From assembly GCA_002189035.1 (NCBI GenBank), contig CM007992.1, positions 930,001 to 994,000 on the forward strand: DNA of 64,000 nucleotides, in the 5' to 3' direction. Source of the stretch: Utricularia gibba (Eukaryota; Plantae; Magnoliophyta). A model generated the notes under the pieces. The model did not search any database, was not told where the DNA came from, and saw nothing but the letters and a program-made list of their open reading frames with translations. This document shows positions 28,167-41,604 of this stretch, piece by piece. The first letter of the stretch is position 1; each line of letters opens with the position of its first letter. The position numbers were made by a program, and so were the translations under genes.

Positions 28167-28853
28167 TTTACACCCAAAGCAAGCTCTCTGGACAGAATAT
28201 TTGCACAATCAATTATTGGATTCCATCACTACCACCCCATGCCCACCACTTCAGATTCAATGCGCACACTCAAACTCATACCAAAATCATTTTATTATTA
28301 TTATTATTATTATCAAATAAAAATAATTTATAATTCCGTACAAATTTAGATTTACTTCTTATTTTTAAAATAATAGTAATAATAATATAAAAGGTATTAT
28401 TTTATTTTATTTTTAATTATGTGGATATTAATTTGAGGTGAAAAATCAACTTCACCTATTTAATAACAACACGTTGGGCAGGGAGTCGAAGTTAGTCATT
28501 TTATTTGCCATTCAAGAGTGAGGTCCCTATTTTTATTTATATGGATAAAGAAATTTCACCTAACCCCCCTAATTTTATTTATTTCATTTCAGGCCCTTCT
28601 TCTTTCCCCTAATATCATTTTGACCCATTTCTGTGTTTCTTTTTCCTAAAAAAGCTTTAAATAATCATTTTCACTCTAAAATTTGTTTTTCTTTGTAATA
28701 AAGAAAAAGAGGACGCGTGAGAGGGGCAAAGAGGTCATTTCACATATATGGAACATTCACACACAAGTCGACAAACCGGCTCCTTCCCGCAAACGCGCAT
28801 ATTTGGATTCAGCTGCTTCGCTCGCAGCCGTCTCTTCTCTGCTCCGCCTCTCC

Positions 28854-31233
28854 ATGAAGTCTGCGTGCTGTTCTCTGGTTGTGTGTCTGGCGCTGCTGTT
28901 GGCTTGCGCAAACGGCGATAACCCGTATCGATTTTACATTTGGAAGGTCACGTATGGTGATGTTTACCCTCTCGGCGTTCAGCAACAGGTGGGTCACTAA
29001 TCGCGTACTTGGGAATGTAATGGCCCTCCTTTTCCTTACGTTTCGGTGGTGTTGGTGCAGGGGATTCTGATAAACGGGCAGTTTCCTGGGCCGACGATCG
29101 ACTGTGTTACCAATGATAACTTGATTATCAATGTCTACAACTACTTGAATGAGCCTTTTCTCATTTCTTGGTGAGTTTTATCTCTCAAACCATCTTCTTC
29201 GCATTTTGGGTAGTTTATGGAAGATGCGTGTGTGAAATATACAGTTTCACCGAGAGTACAATTACAGTATAGTTACAACGAAGTGAAGGGAGGGGTGAGG
29301 AAAAAATGGGGAAGCAAGTACCAGATTTGTGGATTCGGCTATCGAATGCTCTCCTACTCTGGGAATCTATCTATCTCAGCATTTTGGTTCATGAAAATGG
29401 AATTCACTGCTGTAAACTTGTGGACTTTCTTCTTTGAGGCGCCAATCACTGTTTCGTGTGTTTTGCAGGAATGGTTTGCAGCAAAGAAGGAATTCATGGC
29501 AAGATGGTGTGTTTGGAACCACTTGCCCAATCCCTCCTGGTCAAAACTTCACTTACGCTCTTCAAGCAAAAGATCAGATTGGGACTTACTTCTACTTCCC
29601 CTCACTTTCACTGCATAAGGCTGCCGGAGGATATGGTAGCATCAAAGTCTACAGTAGGCCTCTTATTCCAGTCCCCTTTCCTCCTCCTGCTGGAGATTTC
29701 GTTGTTCTTGCTGGAGATTGGTACAAGAGAGGCCACAGAGTAAGACCACTGTCATCTCTAAGAAAAAGAAAACTTGCTGGTTTTGGATGGACTTTTAGTC
29801 TTTTTTCTTGCAGCAACTGAAGTATATCTTGGATGGTGGCAATGATCTTCCATCGCCTGATGGCCTGATCATCAATGGCCATGGATGGAATGGATATACC
29901 TTCACTGTCGAACAAGGTAGTTAAGACTTCATAACAGCTCTGTCCATTGATACATGTTCTCATTTTCTTCCATCCGAATTCGATTTGCAGGCAAGACATA
30001 CCGGTTCCGGGTTTCGAATGTCGGGATTGCAACTTCTGTTAATTTCAGAATCCAAGGGCATATGATGCAGCTTGTGGAGGTTGAAGGATCTCACACGGTT
30101 CAGAATAGCTACTCCTCCATTGATGTCCATCTTGGCCAGTCCTACTCAGTGTTGGTCACAGCTGATCAGCCACCCAAGGATTACTACGTTGTAGTATCTA
30201 GCCGTTTCACCCCTACTGTACTTACAACGACTGCTGTTCTTCACTACCGGAACTCGTGGACCAAAGTTTCCGGTAACCCTCCGAGTGGCCCGACGACGGA
30301 GATTGACTGGTCCATGGACCAGGCTAGAACATTACGGTAAGAATTGCTGCACATGAAGAGCTAGTCAATTCTTTCTTCTTTTCAACCATGAAAATAACTG
30401 TATGGTGTGGTTGAATCAGTACAAATCTGACGGCAAGCGGGCCAAGACCAAATCCACAAGGCTCTTATCACTATGGAATGATCACACCAGCAAGAACCAT
30501 CATTCTTGCAAACTCTGCTACATACATCGGTGGGAAACGAAGATATGCTGTCAATGGTGTCTCCTACACATCTCCTGACACTCCTTTAAAGTTGGCTGAA
30601 TACTTCAAGATCAATGGCGTTTTCAGCGTTGGAACCATTCTGGATGCTCCCTCATGGGGGAATGCTTTTCTTTCAACGTCTGTGATGCATGCTGATTACC
30701 GTTCATATGTTGAAATTGTGTTCCAGAACTGGGAGGAGTCTGTTGAATCATGGCATATGGATGGCTACTCCTTCTTTGTTGTTGGGTAAGTTCAGTATCC
30801 CAAAACTAAGCATCCAATCAACACATTTCTGTTGCTTATCTTGCTTCCTTGAACTTTTCCAGAATGGAGAAGGGAAAGTGGTCTCAGGCAAGCCGACTGC
30901 AATATAATCTGAGAGACACCGTTGCCCGCTGCACTGTACAGGTACTGCAATTTGCAAGCAACCTTAGCGTTACATGTTCTGAGAGATGATCAACTCTAAA
31001 TAATCCAATGATTTTGCTATCTTAAGGTGTATCCAAGATCATGGACAGCTATTTACGTTGCATTAGACAATGTTGGAATGTGGAACGTCAGATCTGAGAC
31101 CTGGGCTAAGCAATATTTAGGCCAGCAGTTCTACCTGAGAGTATACACACCTTCAACTTCATTCAGAGATGAGCTCCCAATTCCTCGCAATGCACTCCTA
31201 TGTGGCCGAGCTAGAGGGCGTCGGACTAGGTAA
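28854..31233 (+). CDS. SKU5-similar (SKS) L-ascorbate oxidase homolog
   Basis: Signal peptide; QGILINGQFPGP, QRRNSWQDGV, KDQIGTYFYFPS, VEVEGSH, PNPQGSYHYG, VYPRSWTAIYVALDNVGMWNVRS. Confidence 0.94.
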
Positions 31234-31841
31234 CTGATCTGCAGATGAACTGATGAGAAAACCAAGAAGTGAAAATAACTCATGCAGCTCAACTCAAGCT
31301 GCGTATCATAGTGTCTTGTTCATTCCATGCAATTTTTGGAATTGTGTCTTGACAGTTGCCTTTGCATTTATGTTCTTTTGGAACATCACCAGAATTTTGG
31401 TGAGCAAATTTATGTCTTGATGATGTTCTACTCGTAGCTTTCCCTGATTGCACTTCCTGCTGCTTCTTGCCTACACAACAAAGAGGAAGTCCAAGAAGCA
31501 GCCATCGGACCATACTGGGGTTGTGGGGTGTAAAGAATCGCGATGAACCCCTTGTTTCCAAACGGAAGACGAAGCTCGAGCAACGAAAATGGCGTAATTC
31601 ATATGGAGAAAGGAGAAACACGCCTGAAAGAAGCAGAATCTGAAAGGGGGGCCACGAATTCTAGATCAACGCCTCACTGAAACTCATGAACGAAACATAT
31701 TTCTGGCTCACAACAGTAAAGATCAGGCGCAAACAGTCATCGTCACCATTCATTCGTTCCTTTTTCAGTCACTGCAGATAAATATTTACAATCGGAAAGG
31801 AAGGCTGCATTGCGCTGCAGCCTGCTTACTGCCCACTCAGT

Positions 31842-34756
<2,915 letters not shown>

Positions 34757-35417
34757 TCAAATATCAAGAACTGTGTTACATCAAACATAACCACACGTCC
34801 AACAGAAAGCTCAAAAACGATATACAGCAACTCGTGAGCAGATTGTTACAATACCAAGATATCTTTTTTCCGCTACAAAAAAAAAAAAAAAAAGCAAAAC
34901 AAGATACCACAGCGGAAAACTACGAATCAATCCTGTAAAGCCACAAAAGGAGGCATTCTATACAACTATCCGATACATCCCCGCAAGCAGTGAGCATCAA
35001 AAACGGAAACGGGTTATGGGTTTATTAAACATGATCACAGTTTTTCCCTCAGAAAAACCCAAACAAAACTACCCCACCAACCCAGACGGAGAAGGCGATG
35101 CTGTGAAGACGTGAGGGAATCGGTAAGCAAACTGCTGCTTAATAAGCAAGAAAACCTGCACTACTAAAGACTCTGGTGAAATCTGGACCGTTGATGGAAT
35201 CGAATCAAATCTTCCACGCCACCGATGGTCGTCACGTTTCGCTTCCCTGATCACCCGCACCGGTGACTAGGCAGCCCCGAGTGAAAATTGTGGGGAGCGG
35301 CGCGGCCCACGTGATTACGATGGACGCCAAGATCTGGAGCGTTGAAGAGCGATCCAACGACCATGATTGGTTATAATCTCAATCAAATAAAGAGAAAAAA
35401 AAAAGAATTTAGGGACT

Positions 35418-35499
35418 TGACGTGGAAGAAGGGTAGGCTTCATGTAGGATATGAAATTGACGTGTCTTCAAAGGCATTCTTTGGCGCCGGGACACGTCA
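35418..35499. promoter_or_regulatory. Three TGACGTG bZIP boxes in the aspartic protease promoter
   Basis: TGACGTGG 35418-35425, TGACGTGTC 35458-35466, and the inverted copy GACACGTCA 35491-35499; an extra G-box CACGTG at 35308-35313. Confidence 0.55.
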
Positions 35500-35751
35500 T
35501 TATGTTTATTCCAAAATATTTCAAATAGTAAAATAAAATAATATTTATTTTTAAATATAAAACCTTTTATCACATTTTTCATTCTTATTAAAATATTTTT
35601 AACATATTTAAATCACCCAATCAAAAGATGTATATATCTGTCAAAGATGGACCTGGATCTCCATTCGAGTGGACTGGGGTCAAATGAGCCCCCATTCGGG
35701 CCGAAAAGGCCCAACGGCTAATCACTTAATGGGCCGAGTATGATCCATCCC

Positions 35752-36010
35752 TAGATTTGTAATCGATTAGAACCGGAACCGCGATTTCGATTCAAGATTC
35801 GGATTTTTCATACAAATCCAGCTTTGGTTCCAAAACTCTATAGTTTCGGGCCAGTTAGTTATTTTTTGAATCGAAAAACTACGATAACAATGATTTTTTA
35901 TTACAATTTCGAATATAAACCATACAATTCAGTTCCGATTTCAATTTTGTTCAAGGTTTCGAAATTATAGTTTATGAATAATCGGTTGGATGAAACCGAT
36001 CACAACACTA
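35752..36010. mobile_element. Non-autonomous hAT-type MITE, 259 bp, with a perfect 8-bp TSD
   Basis: TCCATCCC at 35744-35751 and 36011-36018; imperfect 17-bp TIRs TAGATTTGTAATCGATT / AACCGATCACAACACTA (13/17); interior rich in short AACCG/TTCGA motifs. Confidence 0.8.
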
Positions 36011-36131
36011 TCCATCCCATTGTAAGATGAATATTAAATTAAAATATCAAGAGGAAGGAAAGTAGTTGCTATTTTTGTCACGTTTTCCAATAGCTGCAGC
36101 GGCGGTGAAGAAGCGTTTGAAGGTTGAAGCT

Positions 36132-36213
36132 CCGGTCAACAGATTTCAAAGAAAAATCAGGGGTCGGAGTGGGACAGGAGCAGCGCCGGTCAGCTGATTT
36201 CAAAGAAAAATCA
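36132..36213 (+). repeat. 28-bp direct repeat, period 54
   Basis: CCGGTCAACAGATTTCAAAGAAAAATCA (36132-36159) and CCGGTCAGCTGATTTCAAAGAAAAATCA (36186-36213), 26/28 identical. Confidence 0.85.
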
Positions 36214-37704
36214 ACGGTCCTGCAGGTTTCGCCAAACGCGACTGTCGGCCCGCCGGTCTATTTGCGCGTCCTAAATCATCCTCGACCATGACAACGAGTT
36301 TTCAAACTACACCAATTCCTTTTGCCTGTTCATAGTACAAGGTGAAAGACTCAAGTTCCACAACCAAAAAAAATCATTTTCTTTTTATAAAATAAACTCA
36401 TGCTTTATAGATAAAAATTAAATATTCTTTAATATACCTATAATTTGTAAAATAATATTATTAAATATATTCTTTAAACTTTTATATCACAATTAAATAT
36501 ATCATTGTACAACACTATTCGATTCGAATATATAATTCACATAATTTTACTTATTATGAAAAAAAGATTTCATACAAAATTAGAATAATCTATCTATTTC
36601 GGTTCTATTCGTAATTAATATGAAATATCGTCATCATATCCTTCAGCTTACATTTTGTTTGATGTATTTTTTATTATATATTTTAAACAGAATATCATTT
36701 TAAGTATAAAAAATTATATAACATGTATTTATGTAGATATAAATAATTCAAATATATCACTAAGATTACTAGCAACTTACGTAATGTGAAATGGATGAAT
36801 AGATAAGAGGGGAGCTTCATCTGCCCGCGTGCGGTTGTTTTCCTGGGTATCTTTTTCAAAGGCGCTTAGCTGCACACACCCGAAAGAATCAGGTCTGTGT
36901 GTCAAACGAAGGTGTGAAAGCAAGGTGTAGGGTGCGGGTTAGCGTAGAGATTTGGTGTGGTGTTTATCTATCGAGACAGACGCCACGCCACGCTCGTTGA
37001 AACTGGGGCAATGCCGTATCACTTTGGCTGGTCTCAGTCTTCAGGGAATATGAAACCAAAATGGCGTTGAGATGACGTTGGTTTTAAACAATTCAATGGA
37101 TACCCAACCTACATATCCATCCCATGCTGATGCTGCTGCCTATTTAATTCAACTCTATTGGGAATATTTTTAAAAACAATGATTAAATCATTTTGAACGA
37201 TGGATTTGAATTAAATTTGAATCGTTTTAAAATATAACATTAGAAACAAGTCATGTATGAGCTTCAAGTTTGGTAGAAAAATGGGAGGGGGAAAGTCGTC
37301 TACTAGGAGAGTAGAAGTGGGAGTAGGCGAAGGGGATTAGGAAGTAGGAGGACTAGGAAGGGGAGGTGGCGTGTGGGAATATCAACGGCCGGATTGTTTG
37401 ACCCCCACCCCACGCCTGCGTCCTTTGGTCGTCTCTCCTTAATGATCCAACTAATCACATCATTTATGATCTGACCGCCATACTTATCGCTAATCTTTCA
37501 ACTACTACAACTGTATAATTTCACCAAATCAACAATAACCAGAAAGAATGACCCTCTAATCTACTCCATTTCACCTCCGACTTTCATATCGACGTGTCAA
37601 CTTCATCGAATCAAAAAGAAAAAAAACAAATAATAATGAATTTAACATGCCAATGAAGAGGGAGAGGAGCGGAGCATACGGTGGGAGCTTGAATGGTAGA
37701 TGAG

Positions 37705-39707
37705 TCAACTGCCCATGAAGCTGCTATCGCTTTTGTTGCTGTTGCTTGTGTTGGTATCCACGTTCGCCGTGTTGCTCGAGTTCGAGTGGTTATGCGTCGT
37801 CACAGGAGCGCTACCGCCTCCGCCGATTATTGACGACACTGCGGCAGCGAGGGCGGCCATGAAGTTGGGATCGGCGGTGATGGCGGCCGTGGTGGCGCTG
37901 AGAGCCTCCGACAATGACGGCTGGCCTTGTTGGTGGATCATTGCTGGGGAGAGTTGCAACCCTGAAAAAGTGGACTGATTGTACACCGCCGGCGAGAAGA
38001 TATGAGGACCTGGCGCGATGGGAACCGGGAAATGCTGTTGCGGCTGCTGCTGCGGTGGTCGGAGTGAGGCGGTGTGTGTCAGGTCGAGGGTTACTGTGGG
38101 GAAGGGCGCGGACGCGGAGATCGTCGCCATGTTTGACGAGCATGGGAGAATTGTCCTCGCAAGAATATTAGGGTTCATCAAGGTGTCCGCGCTCGGCATC
38201 GCGCCGGAGAGGAGCATGCTCGCTGCCGCGGCGGTCGTTGATGCCATGGCCATGGCTGCGGGAGGCAGCGGATGGTTGTGGGTGCCTTCGTAGGTTGTTA
38301 TCAGAACTGATCGATCCTCGGCGCACCTTTGGACCTGGCAAGATAAACACGTTAAGACATAAAAAAAAAAAAAAACTTTTTCGGTTCAAAATTCAAATGA
38401 ATAGTGCATGAATGGGGGTTGTTCAAAATCTCCGCAAATTAAGTAATTTTTAGAACCGGTTAATTAAATGGGTTCATACTTGTTTACGAACGGAGCATCC
38501 AACTGCCATTGTGCAGCGATAATAAGCACGAGGACAAGGATTTCCTTTGGCCATTTTTTGACCATATTTTCTCCATTGGCATCCATCTGATATCTGCGGA
38601 TCATGTTCAAAAAATTCAGTAAGTACAGCAACAAGACATAAAAAGCCTCGTTGTGATGAAAAATTAGGTACCATGGGAGCTTCGGAGCGGGCACGGACGG
38701 AGACACGTGCTTTGCGCATGGCGGCTTCAGCCGGTGAATCAACCGGCTTTGCGGCGGCGGCGGCGGCGGGGGGATTGAGCTTCGGAGCTTTATCCGGAGC
38801 CCATCCTTCGGAATCTGGGCTCTCATCCCGACCCGATCTCTTTTTACTTGAGGAATCCATATCCATTTTTGGCGATTTTGACAAGGTTCGCTCATCTGAT
38901 GAAGAATTGGACTGATCCTCAGAGACTAAGTCAAGGATCCGGCGCGGCAATACTGCCGGTTCTCCGTTTTCAATCCTCTTTTCCGTCGATTTTGCGCCAA
39001 TAATCTGGAAAAACAACAAATACAAAGTCAGCATCCGATGAAATCGCAGATCCAAATCGATCTAATCACTACTCACCTCTAATTCAGAATCATCGTGATT
39101 TTTCCGCGGTAGTTGAATCATAGCGTCAAGTTGCATCCGCAGTGCAGAGTAATCGTTCGTCACCTGATTAAGCGTCACTTTTAGCTTCTGATTCTCCTCG
39201 TTCATCTTCTTCAACTCCATCTGAAGTTGTACCAACTGAACAAGAATCGAAATAATCCAATCACAATCAATCAATCAACAACTAATGAAAATAAATAATC
39301 ACTCACCTCATTCCGAGATCTCTCATCCGAATCCGCATCGCCTGTAGTATTCGCACTCAAAAGCTGTAATCCAGTCTACAAAACCAAAACAATCCCCCAA
39401 TCAATCACCTATAAACCACCGTCTAGTCAATATCTTAAAAACCACTCACGTTAACGCCGACGCCGTCTCTGCGGCTAGAATCCCGAATCTTCTCCTCCTT
39501 CACAACCGGCTTTCGCGACAACTCCGCGAAAAAGTCCACTTCAGAGGGAACGAGATCCTGTCTGCCGGAAGAAGTAACCGGAAACATGATAGCTGAATCG
39601 GAAGGGCGTCTCTCCAAATCGGAATCGTAATCGTATCGCGATCGCGAATTCACAGCCAAAAAGGCAGAGAAGTTATCGGAGGTGACGGCACCACATCCTT
39701 TGCCCAT
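37705..39707 (-). CDS. Group IIb WRKY transcription factor (WRKY6/31/42 clade), 6 exons
   Basis: Leucine-zipper [18 protein letters not shown]; [15 protein letters not shown]; [27 protein letters not shown]; [20 protein letters not shown]; [14 protein letters not shown]. Start is ATG 39707 or 39713. Confidence 0.95.
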
Positions 39708-40166
39708 AAACATGTATCGATCGAGGAATCCAATCAACCAGAGACGACGAAATGAAATCAACGAAAAAACGAGTCTGCGTTTTGTTTCTACAGAAGAAAT
39801 GTGTAGAATCGGTGACAAGTCCTGGAGGAGTTGAATATAAAGAAGAAAAGGTGTGGGGTTAAAATAATTCTTTTTTTTTTTTAAAGGAAGCTGCCTGCCT
39901 GAGACTTCGATCTCGTGTAGGACCCGCCAGTGGAACTCTTCCCAAGTTTGACCCGGAATTTGTTTGTATTTGAGCTTTCTGTTACGATTTCACATCTTCA
40001 ACTAAAAACACTAATACATCATTTATTTTAGATATTTGTTAGTCATTTTATAAGATTTATAATAAAATTAATCATTTTAAATATTAATTTTTTATTTTAA
40101 TATACGAGAAATAAAATAAAGATAATCCAATTTGTAAATGATTCCTACTCTCCACATCCTTCCACC

Positions 40167-40208
40167 AAGATTTGTGATGAGTTTGAATCGGAATAGGTCA
40201 CAACACTA
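40167..40208. mobile_element. 42-bp internally deleted copy of the same hAT-type MITE family
   Basis: Left end AAGATTTGTGAT and right end TCACAACACTA match the termini of 35752-36010; flanks CTTCCACC (40159-40166) and CTTCCATC (40209-40216) form a 7/8 TSD. Confidence 0.7.
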
Positions 40209-40600
40209 CTTCCATCTCGATCTCGATCTCGATCTCCAGTAGAAAAAATTACATAGCATTCTTATATTAAAATGAAATTATCAAATTAAAATAATAATAA
40301 TTTATAACTTTAATAATATGTATAAATAACAATCTTCTTAAACGGTATCATGTGACATTTACTTCATTTTATCTCTATTATTCAAAATACCAAAATCATT
40401 TTAAATAGACAGAAATACACTCGAAATCATTTGAATGTAATTTTCAGATAAAATTTTTGTTTTTATGGTATTTCTTAGTGGGAGGTATTATAGCATTTAA
40501 TATTATGTTTTTTTGGATATATTATTTAAAAATTATAATTGAATCATCTTGGATCATACGATTATGTTAAAGTCGATAGAATCATTTGTATAAACTGTTT

Positions 40601-41044
40601 AGGATGTGTTTGTATCACGATCCATATTCACCTTACATGATATTGTCTGTTTAAAACATCCAATACTCATGATTTTACATTCTTCCCTTCTGTAGAAAAT
40701 GTCTAATGCAAAATTAGTAGGATACTTCTATTTAAGCATCTTCCCTCGTACGTTCGTAATCAATGTGGAATGCGTAACCATTACAAGCCCCTTTGGCCTT
40801 ACAGTTTGACAGAATAATATAATTAATAATGTGTTTGAGTTATTTGAATTTAAATAGAAACATATACTATGTGATTAAGATTATAGTTTATTTCACAAAT
40901 ACGTATTTAAAAAATTGTGTAGAAATTTAGTTTTGAAATATCTAGTTCGTAGTGTTTACACTTGTGTATTATTAAATCAGTTTATCAAACATAAATCATT
41001 ATCATGAATATTTAAACAGTTAAGCAAATCTATCAAACACTCCT
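40601..41044. mobile_element. Possible degenerate Tourist/PIF-like MITE
   Basis: AGGATGTGTTTG at 40601 and CAAACACTCCT ending at 41044 are near reverse complements; AT-rich interior; TSD unclear. Confidence 0.3.
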
Positions 41045-41580
41045 TTACGGTTATTCTGATCATTTGAAACACGGGTTAGATGATCAAGATCGCATCCTTT
41101 TTCCTTTTGACTTCGCATGTAAGCAAGGTCTCCATTCAAAGCCGCAATCCCAACAGCTTCGGCAAAACGGGCATTGAGGAGGCGGATTGTCGGGTTCGGG
41201 AGCGGAAATGGGTCATAGTTTTGGACAAGAAAATAATAATTTATTAATGAAATATTTTTCCCAACGCCACGTGGGGGCGATGGATATTAGCTTGAAATAT
41301 CGAGCTAAATTGGAAAAAAAAAAAGAAAAAGTCCAGAAACGGGAAATGGGGTTGATCATGTTTTCCAGGTGAGAAAATAGGGGAAAAAAATATAAATAAC
41401 GTGAGCACGTGCGTCACGAGAGTGGACCCCACTGCGTAGACTTTGCAAAGAAAAAGGCACGGAATTTATTCGCCTGGCTTCCAAATCCGGTCAAGACCCC
41501 TTCCGTGTTGTTCAAATTTGGCAATTTGGAATCCTAATTTTCTCCACATGCAATCGAGGCGTTGATAATGACGTATTTAA

Positions 41581-41604
41581 ATATATATATATATATATAT
41601 ATAT
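41581..41604. repeat. (AT)12 microsatellite
   Basis: Read directly. Confidence 0.9.

Noticed and set aside
29322-29345. CAGATTTGTGGATTCGG in SKS intron 2, resembling the MITE left end
   Set aside because: No matching right end or TSD.
37270-37375. Purine-rich strand downstream of the WRKY gene
   Set aside because: No mirror symmetry or regular period; insufficient support for H-DNA or a repeat.
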